The position numbers and the translations under genes are program-made. From positions 83,263 through 147,262 of the forward strand of contig JBAYFL010000015.1 of assembly GCA_041667205.1 (NCBI GenBank): a DNA stretch of 64,000 nucleotides. Reading direction: 5' to 3'. This stretch comes from Verrucomicrobiia bacterium (lineage in GTDB: Bacteria; Verrucomicrobiota; Verrucomicrobiia; CAIQCK01). Positions 1 through 9,824 of this stretch are shown here, one piece after another. Numbering within the stretch: position 1 is the stretch's first letter; each line of letters opens with the position of its first letter. The notes under the pieces are model-generated. The model did no database searches. It worked only from the letters and a program-made list of their open reading frames with translations, and had not been told where the DNA came from.

Positions 1-1445
1 ACAGCGACTACCGCGTGGACACCGGCGATGTGAAGTTGCTGTTCCACCAAACCGAGCAGTCGCGCTGGTTCTTCACCTTCTCCGGCTACGAATCCGAAAG
101 CGGCGAGGCGGGCCGGCTCACCGCCGCCCAATACGCCGCCAACCGCGACCAAACCACACGGCCGTTTGACCGGATTTGGTTTGAGCGCTACGTGCCCACG
201 CTCGGCTACGAGAACGAACTCTCCGGCGACACGCTGCTGGAGGTGAAAAGCTGGGGCGGTTACGTGGACCGTTTCAGCCGCCGCCAGCTCGCTGCCGGCA
301 CGTTTACCAACTTCGACAACCGCGAGTCCTACTTCGGCGGCGCCGACGCGCGCGTGCGGCACTACTGGGAAGCTTGGAACAACCGGCAAACACTCACCGG
401 CGGTTTCACCTGTTACGGTTCCGACAACCCGCGTTCGCGCCAACGCAACAGCGACCTGACCGCCACCTCCGGTGCCGACCGGTTCAGTCTCGACAACCAC
501 ACGCTTTACGGCGCGTTCTTCGCCGAGAACCGCTTCCAATTCGGCCGCTTCGCCTTCATCCCGGCCGTGCGCGTCGAGACGATCGAGATGCGGACAATCG
601 AGAACTACAACGTCGAGGTCGCGCGCCCGTTGCAGGACGTGACGTTCAGCGACGCCGTGCCGCTGGTCGGCGTGGGGCTGACCTACGACGTGACCAAGCA
701 AGACCTGCTCTACGCCAACATCTCCCAGGGCTACCAGCCGCCGCGATATGACGATCTCGTCAACCCGACCAGCAACACCCAGCAGCCGTCATCGGAACTC
801 GGCGTCGGCGAGACCTGGACCTACGAACTCGGCATCCGCAGCACGCCGACCCCGTGGCTCTTCTACGACACCAGCGTCTTCTACATTGACTGGAACAACC
901 GCATCGAGACCCTCACCTTCGCCGGCGGCAACAACGAGCGCGTCAACTCCGGCCGCGCGGAGTTTTACGGCTGGGAAGCGATGCTCGCCGCCGACGTCAT
1001 CGGCCTCTACGACCACTGGGCCGACACCCGGCACGCGCAGCGGTTCGGCAGCTTGAGCCTCTTCGGCAACGTCTCGCTGTTGGAGGCGGAGTTCACCAAC
1101 GGCCCGCAAAACAGCCGGACGCCGGCCTACGCCCCTGAATACATCGCCAAGACGGGCGCCATCTGGCGCTGGAAGAACCGCGCCAAGGTCGCGCTGACCG
1201 GCGTGTTCGTCGCCGACCACTACTGGCAGGACAGCAACCTCGCCGGCACCGTCGGCACCGACCGCGTTCCCTCCTACATCGTGTGGGACCTGACCGCCGA
1301 GGTCCGGGTTTACAAGGACAACGTCAGCGTCGTCGCTGGTGTCACCAACCTTCTCGACGAGGACTACTACTCGCGCGTCCGCAGCGACGGCATTGACCCC
1401 GCGTCCCGGCGCAACTTCTACGGCGGCGTCAAGCTCACGTTCTGA
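1..1445 (+). CDS. TonB-dependent outer-membrane receptor, C-terminal beta-barrel portion (5' end lies outside the window)
   Basis: The ORF runs from the window edge with no start. It ends in the terminal aromatic NFYGGVKLTF typical of TonB-dependent receptor barrels and has alternating beta-strand-like segments. Confidence 0.65.
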   Translation, partial: SDYRVDTGDVKLLFHQTEQSRWFFTFSGYESESGEAGRLTAAQYAANRDQTTRPFDRIWFERYVPTLGYENELSGDTLLEVKSWGGYVDRFSRRQLAAGTFTNFDNRESYFGGADARVRHYWEAWNNRQTLTGGFTCYGSDNPRSRQRNSDLTATSGADRFSLDNHTLYGAFFAENRFQFGRFAFIPAVRVETIEMRTIENYNVEVARPLQDVTFSDAVPLVGVGLTYDVTKQDLLYANISQGYQPPRYDDLVNPTSNTQQPSSELGVGETWTYELGIRSTPTPWLFYDTSVFYIDWNNRIETLTFAGGNNERVNSGRAEFYGWEAMLAADVIGLYDHWADTRHAQRFGSLSLFGNVSLLEAEFTNGPQNSRTPAYAPEYIAKTGAIWRWKNRAKVALTGVFVADHYWQDSNLAGTVGTDRVPSYIVWDLTAEVRVYKDNVSVVAGVTNLLDEDYYSRVRSDGIDPASRRNFYGGVKLTF

Positions 1446-1561
1446 GCGCGTTGTCGCACGATTCTTGATGCTTTCTTGTCATCGCCGGGTTTCGCAGGCA
1501 TAACTGGCGCGTCATGAATCCTGCCAACTGTTGTTCCACCCGCAACGCCACGAAGAACACC

Positions 1562-2695
1562 ATGAACACACTGCGATTAGTCCCCCTCGCCCTGATGCTC
1601 CTCCTCCCGTCCGTCTGCTGGCCGGCCCAACTGGAGGTGCGCCGCGATCTTCATTTCCCCCAACTGTCCGGCTACAAGACGCTGGCCTGCGACTTCCACA
1701 TGCACACCGTCTTCTCGGACGGAAACGTCTGGCCCACCATCCGCGTCAACGAAACGTGGCGGCAGGGACTCGACGCCATCGCGATCACCGACCACATCGA
1801 ATACCAGCCGCACAAGGCTGACGTGCCGACGAAGCACCCCCGGTCTTTTGAGCTGGCGGAAATCGCGGCCCGGTCCCACAACCTGCTGTTGATCCGCGCC
1901 GCCGAACTCACGCGCGACACGCCGCCGGGCCATTTCAACGCCGTCTTCCTTAACGACATCAAGCCGCTGGAAACGCCGGAGTTTCTCGATGCGGTCAAGG
2001 AGGCGAATCAGCAGGGCGCGTTCGTGTTTTGGAACCACCAAGGCTGGAAGGGCGAGGAGAAGGGCCGATGGCTCGACGTGCATCAGACGATGTATGACAA
2101 GAAATGGCTCCAGGGAATGGAGGTGGCGAACGGTGACGAGTATTACCCCACAGCCCACCAGTGGTGTCTGGAGAAGAACCTGACGATGCTGGGGAACTCC
2201 GACATCCACGACCCGGACCTTCGGAAGGAAAGCGCCTCCGCCGATCATCGCACGATGACGCTGGTTTTCGCTCGCGAGGCGACGCTCGCCGGGATCAAGG
2301 AGGCGCTGGTGGCCGGCCGGACCATCGTGTGGTTCAAGGACCAGTTGATCGGCCGGGAGAAACTACTGCGCTGGTTTTTCGACGCGTGCGTGCAGGTCAG
2401 CAAGCCCAACGTGCGCTCGAAGACCAGCATGTATGTGGAGGTGCGGAACAACTGCCACGCCGACATCAGCTTGGAGCCGACCGAACCGCCTAAGCCCGAT
2501 CATGCCCCCCGCCCCCGCACGATCATCCTGCCCGCGAACAGCACGGTTCTGATGAGAGTTCCCATCACCGATCCCGCCAAGCCCGTCGCTCTGAGCTTTG
2601 TGGCCAAAAACTTCCTCATCGGCCCCGACAAGGGCCTGCCGGTGACGCTGAAAGTTCCGAGTCCGGCGACCGCGGAGAAAAAGGAAGGCAAGTAG
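1562..2695 (+). CDS. PHP-domain (polymerase/histidinol-phosphatase fold) metal-dependent phosphoesterase, exported
   Basis: ATG at 1562 is followed by a hydrophobic signal peptide (LRLVPLALMLLLPSVCWPAQ). It carries the CDFHMHTVFSDG and ITDH metal-binding motifs of PHP domains. Confidence 0.65.
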   Translation: MNTLRLVPLALMLLLPSVCWPAQLEVRRDLHFPQLSGYKTLACDFHMHTVFSDGNVWPTIRVNETWRQGLDAIAITDHIEYQPHKADVPTKHPRSFELAEIAARSHNLLLIRAAELTRDTPPGHFNAVFLNDIKPLETPEFLDAVKEANQQGAFVFWNHQGWKGEEKGRWLDVHQTMYDKKWLQGMEVANGDEYYPTAHQWCLEKNLTMLGNSDIHDPDLRKESASADHRTMTLVFAREATLAGIKEALVAGRTIVWFKDQLIGREKLLRWFFDACVQVSKPNVRSKTSMYVEVRNNCHADISLEPTEPPKPDHAPRPRTIILPANSTVLMRVPITDPAKPVALSFVAKNFLIGPDKGLPVTLKVPSPATAEKKEGK

Positions 2696-2784
2696 CCCCG
2701 CGCCGATGGCAGCCCGCGGCGGCGCTTCGTTACGCATCCGTCACATGCGATGCCGCGAACTTGTGGTAGGTTTCCACGGCTCTT

Positions 2785-3933
2785 GTGAGAATGACCCTCA
2801 AGTTTCACCGCAACGTTTGGGCGCTCGGCTGGACCAGCTTCTTCACCGATGTGTCCAGCGAGATCATCTATCCGTTGCTGCCGGTGTTCCTGACGACGAC
2901 GCTCGGCGCGAGCATGGCGTTTGTCGGCATGGTCGAGGGCATCGCCGAGAGCACGGCGAGCTTGCTCAAGGTCGTCTCCGGCTGGTGGTCGGATAAGATG
3001 GCCAAGCGCAAACCGTTCGCAGTGGGCGGCTACGCACTCAGCGGCCTCACGCGGCCGATGATTGCGCTCGCCACCGTCGGCGGACACGTGCTGGCGGCGC
3101 GGTTCATTGACCGCATCGGCAAAGGCATCCGCACCGCCCCGCGCGACGCACTGCTGGCGGACTCGACGCCCGCGGACCGGCGCGGCGCGGCGTTCGGCCT
3201 GCAACGCTCGATGGACCACGCCGGCGCGATCGTCGGCCCGCTCATCGCGTTCGCGCTGCTGACATGGGTCACGAGCGACTATCGCATGATTTTCTGGGTC
3301 GCCGCCGTGCCGATGGTGTTCGCCGTAGCGGCGCTGGCGTTCGGCACGAAGGAAGTGACGCCGGCGCGTGACGTGAAGAGCAGCGCCAGCCCATTTGTCG
3401 CGACGCCGAAGTTCAAGCGATACCTCGTCCTCATGTTCCTGTTCACGCTTGGCAACTCCAGCGATGCGTTCCTCATCCTGCGCGCCAAGGACCTCGGCAT
3501 CGCCGACGCGATGTTGCCGCTGCTGTGGGTGGCGCTGCACATCGTGAAAATGTCCAGCAGCTTGCCGGCGGGCGCGCTCAGCGACCGGATCGGCCGCAAG
3601 GCGCTCATTGTCGGCGGCTGGCTGGTCTATGCGGCGGTCTATGTCGGCTTCGGCGCAGCGAGCGAGGCGTGGCACATCTGGGGCTTGTTCATCGCCTACG
3701 GCTTCTTCTTCGGCATGACCGAGGCCGCCGAGAAGGCCATCGTGGCGGACTTTTATCCGAGCGAGCAGCGCGGACGTGCGTTCGGCCTCTACAACGCCGC
3801 CATCGGTTTCGGCGCGTTGCCGGCGAGCCTGTTGATGGGCTGGCTCTGGACACAGTTTGGCGTGACGGTAGCGTTCGACACTGGCGCAGGTCTGGCCGGC
3901 GTCGCCGCGGTGTTATTGGCATTGCTGGTTTGA
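2785..3933 (+). CDS. MFS transporter
   Basis: About 12 predicted TM segments. The DRIGRK and G-x3-D-R-x-G-R-K-like loops between TM2/3 and TM8/9 are typical of the major facilitator superfamily. Confidence 0.7.
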   Translation: MRMTLKFHRNVWALGWTSFFTDVSSEIIYPLLPVFLTTTLGASMAFVGMVEGIAESTASLLKVVSGWWSDKMAKRKPFAVGGYALSGLTRPMIALATVGGHVLAARFIDRIGKGIRTAPRDALLADSTPADRRGAAFGLQRSMDHAGAIVGPLIAFALLTWVTSDYRMIFWVAAVPMVFAVAALAFGTKEVTPARDVKSSASPFVATPKFKRYLVLMFLFTLGNSSDAFLILRAKDLGIADAMLPLLWVALHIVKMSSSLPAGALSDRIGRKALIVGGWLVYAAVYVGFGAASEAWHIWGLFIAYGFFFGMTEAAEKAIVADFYPSEQRGRAFGLYNAAIGFGALPASLLMGWLWTQFGVTVAFDTGAGLAGVAAVLLALLV

Positions 3934-3981
3934 GTGGAAGTGTTCGTTGACCACCGGTAGAATCAGCACCTACATCAACCT

Positions 3982-4848
3982 ATGAAAATCAAGATCTGGG
4001 GCTGTCGCGGTTCGATCACTACACCGGGGGCGACAACATTGCGCTACGGCGGCAACACGACGTGCGTGGAAATCCGGACCGCCGAGGGTGAGGCCGCCGG
4101 CCAGAACATTGTCGTGGACGCCGGTTCCGGCGTGCGTCTGCTTGGCAAGGCGTTGCGGCGCGAGAAAAAAATTTCGCACATCCGCTTCTTCTTCAGCCAT
4201 TCGCATTGGGACCATCTGGTCGGTTTTCCGTTCTTCGAACCGGCGTATTTTCCCAACTACCACATCGCTTTCTGCGGCGGCCCACACGCGCAGGATTCCA
4301 TCAAACGGTATCTCAGCCGCCAGATGAAGGCGCCGTTTTTTCCGGTGGACTTCAGCCTGTTGAAGGCGCAGTTCGATTTCTGTTGCGAACGACCGCATCA
4401 GGAACCCGGCCCCTGCCGCTTCGACGGCATGGAAGTCTCGCCTGCGCCGCTGAATCATCCCAACGGCGGCTATGGTTTCAAGTTCGTCGAGAAGGGGAAG
4501 ACTCTCGTGTTCTTCCCTGACAACGAACTTGGTTTCCAACACGAGGGCGGGCTGGACCGCGCGGCTTACGTTGAGTTTTGCCGTGGCGCAGACATCCTTA
4601 TCCACGACGCGCAATACACCGACACGGAATACCAGCGCACCCGCGGATGGGGCCACTCCACTTATGCTGACACCGTGGATCTGGCCGTCGCCGCTGGCGT
4701 CAAACGCCTCGGCCTCTTTCACCATGACCCCGACCGCACCGACGACGACCTCGACCGGCAGGTTGAGGTCTGCCGCAAGCGCATCCGCGAAGCCCGCAGC
4801 AACATCGAGTGTTTCGCCTGTGCCGAAGGGATGACGCTCGAACTGTAG
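3982..4848 (+). CDS. MBL-fold metallo-hydrolase
   Basis: The HSHWDH (HxHxDH) zinc-binding motif and later His/Asp ligands are present. The MKIKIWGCRGS N-terminus is typical of this family. Confidence 0.7.
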   Translation: MKIKIWGCRGSITTPGATTLRYGGNTTCVEIRTAEGEAAGQNIVVDAGSGVRLLGKALRREKKISHIRFFFSHSHWDHLVGFPFFEPAYFPNYHIAFCGGPHAQDSIKRYLSRQMKAPFFPVDFSLLKAQFDFCCERPHQEPGPCRFDGMEVSPAPLNHPNGGYGFKFVEKGKTLVFFPDNELGFQHEGGLDRAAYVEFCRGADILIHDAQYTDTEYQRTRGWGHSTYADTVDLAVAAGVKRLGLFHHDPDRTDDDLDRQVEVCRKRIREARSNIECFACAEGMTLEL

Positions 4849-4931
4849 CGGGCGACATCATGCGGCGAGGGTTCGCAGGAAGATTGGACGCCTTCGACAC
4901 GCCCGATGTGTATTTTACTGGAAACCAAAAA

Positions 4932-6671
4932 ATGAAAGCTTGGATCTCGCTGATGTCTCTTATCATCGCGACCGGCATCGCGTCGGCTGAGCCGCCCAAA
5001 GGCGCGCAGTGGGAGTTGATCTTTGGCGACGAATTCAACGACAAGACCGCTGACCTCGACAAGAACTGGGATTTTCAGAACGGCCCCAGCGGCCACATCC
5101 TTTGCAGCCGGTGGCGCGAGAACGTCGTCGCCGAGAACGGCCTCTGCTGCCTGCTCAACAAGAAGGAAAAGCGTGGCGGTCAGGAGTGGACCTCCGGCAG
5201 CATGTGGACCACGCGGCAGTTCCGCTACGGCTACTTCGAGTGCCGCTACCGCTACGGCGCGGCGACGGGTCTGAATAATTCGTTCTGGATCATGAACCGC
5301 CTGCCGGGCAACGTGCCAGGCCGGTTTGAACTCGACATCAACGAAGGCCACTCGCCCGACCTCGTGAACATGAACATCCACAACTGGTCCGGCAAGCACT
5401 GGGCCAGGAGCAAGAAGTGGCGCGCCGAGGGCTGCGACCTCGCCAAGGAGTTCCACGTTTACGGCTTTGAATGGAGTGCGAAGGAACTGGTCTGGTATTT
5501 CGATGGCAAGGAAATCCGTCGCGAGCCGAACGCCGTTGCGCACGGGCCGGCGCCGGTCTGGCTCAGTTCGGCGATCATCAAGTGGGCCGGTCCTGTCACG
5601 GAGAAGATTGGCGGCACGAGCATGGATGTGGATTACGTGCGCGTCTATCAGCGCCGCGACGTGAAGCCGGTGGCTGGCCCTGATTTCAACGCCATGCTCC
5701 AGCCGGTGCCGGCGACGGCGAAGTTCAGCGACCCAGATTATTACATCTGGTGCGGCACAATGGTGAAGGGCGACGATGGCAAGTGCCACCTCTTCTACTC
5801 GCGCTGGCCGCGCAAGCTTGGCCACAACGCGTGGGTGACGCACTCGGAGGTCGCGCACGCCATCGGCGACTCGCCGCTGGGGCCGTTCCGGCACAGGGAC
5901 GTGGCGCTGCCAGCACGCGGCAAGGAATTTTGGGACGGCCTCTGCACGCACAATCCCACCGTCCTCAAGTTCGGCAAGCGATATTACCTCTACTACATGG
6001 GCAACACCGGCGATGGCGCGGCGACGAAGACGCTGAACTGGACACACCGTAACAACCAGCGCATCGGTGTCGCCGTGGCGGACTCGCCTGACGGGCCGTG
6101 GAAGCGATTCGACAAGCCGGTCATCGCGCCGACGCCGGGTTTCTTCGATGCGCTCTGCTGCGCCAACCCGACCGTCGCCGCGCGGCCCGGCGGCGGTTAC
6201 CTCATGGTCTATAAAGCCGTCGCCGACAAGAACAGGCTGCCGTTCGGCGGGCCTGTGCTGCATTGCGTGGCCACGAGCGACTCGCCGACCGGGCCGTTCA
6301 AAAAATACCCGACGCCGGTCTTCGCCAAGGAAGGTGTGGCGTTCGCCGCCGAGGACCCGTTCATCTGGTCGGCGGACAACCGCTACTGGGCGATCGTGAA
6401 GGACAACGCCGGCCACTTCACCGGCGCGGGCAAGTCCACCGCGCTGTTCGTGTCCGATGACGGCTTCGACTGGAAGCTGGCGAAACATCCGCTCGTGGCG
6501 ACGACGGAAATCGCTTGGGAGGGTGGCGAAAAACAGAAGCTCCACTCGTTGGAGCGACCGCAGCTTTACTTCGAGAATGGCCGGCCCGTGGTGCTGATGT
6601 TCGCGTGCGACGAGGACAAGAAGCGCGAGCATTCCTTCAACATCAGGATTCCGCTGACGCCGGCCCGTTGA
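4932..6671 (+). CDS. Exported two-domain glycoside hydrolase: N-terminal GH16 (laminarinase-like) fused to a GH43-like five-bladed beta-propeller domain
   Basis: Start chosen at the ATG (4932) that precedes the signal peptide MKAWISLMSLIIATGIASA. The GH16 catalytic motif E-L-D-I-N-E (ExDxxE) sits at FELDINEGHSPD. The C-terminal half has DPDYY...GKCHLFYSRW...YYLYYMGN blades resembling GH43/GH117. Confidence 0.6.
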   Translation: MKAWISLMSLIIATGIASAEPPKGAQWELIFGDEFNDKTADLDKNWDFQNGPSGHILCSRWRENVVAENGLCCLLNKKEKRGGQEWTSGSMWTTRQFRYGYFECRYRYGAATGLNNSFWIMNRLPGNVPGRFELDINEGHSPDLVNMNIHNWSGKHWARSKKWRAEGCDLAKEFHVYGFEWSAKELVWYFDGKEIRREPNAVAHGPAPVWLSSAIIKWAGPVTEKIGGTSMDVDYVRVYQRRDVKPVAGPDFNAMLQPVPATAKFSDPDYYIWCGTMVKGDDGKCHLFYSRWPRKLGHNAWVTHSEVAHAIGDSPLGPFRHRDVALPARGKEFWDGLCTHNPTVLKFGKRYYLYYMGNTGDGAATKTLNWTHRNNQRIGVAVADSPDGPWKRFDKPVIAPTPGFFDALCCANPTVAARPGGGYLMVYKAVADKNRLPFGGPVLHCVATSDSPTGPFKKYPTPVFAKEGVAFAAEDPFIWSADNRYWAIVKDNAGHFTGAGKSTALFVSDDGFDWKLAKHPLVATTEIAWEGGEKQKLHSLERPQLYFENGRPVVLMFACDEDKKREHSFNIRIPLTPAR

Positions 6672-6678
6672 CCTCGCA

Positions 6679-7413
6679 ATGCAACCAGAACTTCCCTTCG
6701 CCGACGCGCCATTCTCATACCGGCTCCGCGAGAGCGCCCGCGCCCGCTGCGTGGGACTGCGCGTGACGCTGCAACACGGCTTGGAGGTGGTCCTGCCGCG
6801 CGGCTGCGACCCGTCAGTGGTGCCGGATGTGCTGCGGCGCAAGCAACGCTGGATTCACGCCGCGCTCGACCGGCTGGCGGCGCACCTGAAGATTTTCGGC
6901 CCGCCGCAACCGTGGCAGTTGCCGGCGCAGATCGAACTGCCGGCCATCGGACGCGTCTGGCGGGTGGAAGCCGTAGAGACAGCTTCGCGGCGCGTGACGG
7001 TGCGCGATGCCGGCACGGACTGCCTGCGGATCATCGGACGCATCAGCAACGAGAAAGCCTGCCGCGCTGCGCTGGCCCGCTGGCTCATGACTCAAGCGCG
7101 CGAACATCTGCCGCCACGGCTGCGCGCCGTCAGCCAGCGGACGGGGCTTCACTGCCAGCGCGTCAGCATCCGGCGGCAGCGATCACGTTGGGGAAGCTGC
7201 TCGCGGCACAAGACCATTTCGCTCAACGCCAAGCTGCTGTTTCTGTCGCCCGAGCTTGCGGACTACGTGCTCGTTCACGAACTCTGCCATCTCGCCGAGA
7301 TGAACCATTCCCGGCGGTTCTGGGCGCTCGTGGCCCAACACTATCCCGATTACCGCCACACCAACCGCCAGCTTCGCGAGATGTGGAAGCACCTGCCGCG
7401 TTGGGCGACGTGA
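6679..7413 (+). CDS. YgjP-like M48-family zinc metallopeptidase (DUF45)
   Basis: HELCHLAEMNHSRRFW contains the HExxH motif followed by a conserved Trp, as in the YgjP/SprT-like family. Confidence 0.7.
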   Translation: MQPELPFADAPFSYRLRESARARCVGLRVTLQHGLEVVLPRGCDPSVVPDVLRRKQRWIHAALDRLAAHLKIFGPPQPWQLPAQIELPAIGRVWRVEAVETASRRVTVRDAGTDCLRIIGRISNEKACRAALARWLMTQAREHLPPRLRAVSQRTGLHCQRVSIRRQRSRWGSCSRHKTISLNAKLLFLSPELADYVLVHELCHLAEMNHSRRFWALVAQHYPDYRHTNRQLREMWKHLPRWAT

Positions 7414-7502
7414 GGAGCGAGCGAGTTGGGAAAACGCCGGGGTTGTATCGGTGTTTCATCCATGCTGAAATGCAATCACTCAGTTAATCCACGGAGCGTT
7501 CT

Positions 7503-9797
7503 ATGAATCTGATTCGATGGCAGGCGATTCTTTGGCTGGTGGCTTCCATGGCGATGACGCCGGCCTTGCACGCGCAGCAACCCGCCCCGCGGATTGGCTA
7601 CGTCTATCCCGCCGGCGGCCAGCAAGGCACGACCTTCCAAGTGGTCATCGGCGGTCAGAGGCTGAAGGATCTCAAGGAGGTGTTTGTCTCCGGCAGTGGC
7701 GTCCAAGCCGTCATGCTCGAACGCGCCCGGCCGCTGACACCGCAGGAGTTTCGCGAGTATCTGGAACTGAAGGCGAAGGTGGAGGCACTGGAGGCGAAAC
7801 GGTTGGCCGCGGCTCCGGCCGGAAAGCCCGTCAAGCCGCGCGGCGGAAAAGAAACAGCGCCGGGTGGAACTGCGTGGACGCCCGAGGATGGAAAGTTGCT
7901 GTCGGAAACGAAGCAGAAGCTCGCCACTCTCGTCCGAAAGCCGGGCGGGGCGATCCGAAAAGCTCCCACGCCCGCACTGGCGGACATCCTCGTCGCGCAG
8001 GTGACGGTGTCCGCGGATGCGGAACCCGGCCCGCGCGAGATCAGGGTGGCCGGACAATCGGGCATATCCAATCCGCTCGCGTTTCTTGTCGGCCAGGTGC
8101 CGGAGTTTTCCGAGGTGGCATCGGAGACGATCACTCAGGTCAAGAGCGTCATCCAAAAATCCAGCGAACGCCCGCAGACCAGCAACCCCAAGACAGAGAT
8201 GACCGTCACGTTGCCCGCGACCATCAACGGTCAGGTTCTGCCCGGCGAGGTCAACCGCTACCGTTTCGCCGCCAAGAAAGGCCAGCGGCTTGTCATCGCC
8301 GTTAGCGCGCGGCAATTGATCCCTTACATCTCCGACGCCGTGCCCGGCTGGTTTCAGGCTACGCTCTCGCTCCGCAACGCGGCCGGCAAGGAACTGGCCT
8401 ATGCCGATTCATTCCGCTTCAATCCCGATCCAGTGCTCCATCTTGATGTTCCCGACGATGGCGAATACGTCATCGCAATCAAGGACTCGCTCTACCGTGG
8501 CCGCGAGGATTTTGTTTATCGCATCACCGTCGGCGAACTGCCGTTCGTGACGGGCATCTTCCCGCTCGGCGGCCCCGCTGGCGCGCAGACCACCGTCGAA
8601 GCGATGGGATGGAACCTCCCCGATGCCAAACTTGTTGTGGAAGGCAAAGACAAAGCGCCGGGCATCCACCAGCTCTCCGTGCGCAAGGACGGACATATTT
8701 CCAACCTCGTCCCGTTTGCGGCGGACACGTTGCCGGAACGTCTGGAGGAGGAACCCAACAACACGCTGGAAACCGCGCGGCGCATCACGTTGCCCGTCAT
8801 CATCAACGGCCGCATCGAGTCGCCGGAGGATCCGGACGTGTTTTGCTTCGAGGGCCGTGCCGGCGAACAAGTCGTCGCAGAAGTCATGGCGCGCCGGCTG
8901 AACTCGCCGCTCGACTCCGCGCTCAAGCTGACCGACGCCACCGGCAATCAGATCGCGTTCAACGACGACCACGCGGACAAGGGCGCGGGGTTGACGACTC
9001 ACCAAGCCGACTCGTATCTCCAAGCCACCCTGCCCGCGAACGGCCTCTATTACCTCCACCTCAACGACGCGCAGCACAAGGGCGGCCCGGAGCACGCCTA
9101 CCGCCTGCGCGTCAGCGCGCCACAGCCGGACTTCGACTTGCGCATCGTGCCTGCCGGCGTGAGCGCGCGCGCCGGCAAGGCCGTGCCGTTCACTGTGTAT
9201 GCGTTGCGAAAAGACGGTTTCGCCGGCGACATCGCGCTAACGTTGAAGGACATGCCGGCAGGATTCGTGCTCAGCGCCGCGACTGTCCCGGCCACTCAGG
9301 CCGTGGCGCGGCTGACGCTCACCGTCCAACCGACGATTGAAACGCTGCCCACCGTCCTCAAGCTCGAAGGTCGCGCGACGATCCAAGGCCGCGAGGTTTC
9401 CCATCTGGCCCTGCCCGCGGAAGACATGATGCAGGCGTTCGAATACCGCCATCTCGTTCCCGCCACCGAACTGAAACTGGCGATGACCGGAAGCTACAAG
9501 ATCGTCGGGCCGCCGAAAATCCTCGGTGACATGCCCGTCAAGATTCCCGTCGGCGGAACGGCGAAGGTGCGCATCGCTGCGCCGACGGCTGTGTTCTCCA
9601 ACAAAACACGCTTCGCACTGAGCAACGCGCCGGAGGGTCTGACCATCAAGAAAGTTACACCCTCCCGCGATGGCGGCGAGATTGTGCTCCAGTGCGACGC
9701 GAAAGTGAAGCCCGGTCAGAAAGGCAGTCTCACCGTCACCATCTCAGCAGGGAAAGCCGTGCTGCCGGCCATCCCGTTTGAGATTACGCAAAGGTGA
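7503..9797 (+). CDS. Large exported protein with two PPC (pre-peptidase C-terminal) domains
   Basis: Signal peptide MNLIRWQAILWLVASMAMTPALHA. Two segments match the PPC consensus: TLPATINGQVLPGEVNRYRFAAKKGQRLVIAV and EEEPNNTLETARRITLPVIINGRIESPEDPDVFCFEGRAGEQVV. Confidence 0.5.
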   Translation: MNLIRWQAILWLVASMAMTPALHAQQPAPRIGYVYPAGGQQGTTFQVVIGGQRLKDLKEVFVSGSGVQAVMLERARPLTPQEFREYLELKAKVEALEAKRLAAAPAGKPVKPRGGKETAPGGTAWTPEDGKLLSETKQKLATLVRKPGGAIRKAPTPALADILVAQVTVSADAEPGPREIRVAGQSGISNPLAFLVGQVPEFSEVASETITQVKSVIQKSSERPQTSNPKTEMTVTLPATINGQVLPGEVNRYRFAAKKGQRLVIAVSARQLIPYISDAVPGWFQATLSLRNAAGKELAYADSFRFNPDPVLHLDVPDDGEYVIAIKDSLYRGREDFVYRITVGELPFVTGIFPLGGPAGAQTTVEAMGWNLPDAKLVVEGKDKAPGIHQLSVRKDGHISNLVPFAADTLPERLEEEPNNTLETARRITLPVIINGRIESPEDPDVFCFEGRAGEQVVAEVMARRLNSPLDSALKLTDATGNQIAFNDDHADKGAGLTTHQADSYLQATLPANGLYYLHLNDAQHKGGPEHAYRLRVSAPQPDFDLRIVPAGVSARAGKAVPFTVYALRKDGFAGDIALTLKDMPAGFVLSAATVPATQAVARLTLTVQPTIETLPTVLKLEGRATIQGREVSHLALPAEDMMQAFEYRHLVPATELKLAMTGSYKIVGPPKILGDMPVKIPVGGTAKVRIAAPTAVFSNKTRFALSNAPEGLTIKKVTPSRDGGEIVLQCDAKVKPGQKGSLTVTISAGKAVLPAIPFEITQR

Positions 9798-9824
9798 GTC
9801 GGCAGACGTGGAAAGGAACTCGCC

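Noticed and set aside
4719-6842. 707-aa ORF on the minus strand opposite the GH16-GH43 gene, and similar long ORFs at 7476-8315, 10366-11862, 19958-21055, 21688-23745, 28101-30647, 33803-35191, 40965-42554, 43920-45281, 45556-46653, 48828-50009, 50783-52435, 58067-61699
   Set aside because: They are Arg/Ala/Pro-rich and low-complexity, with no recognisable domains, and they lie antisense to strongly supported genes. This is the typical open-frame artefact of GC-rich DNA.
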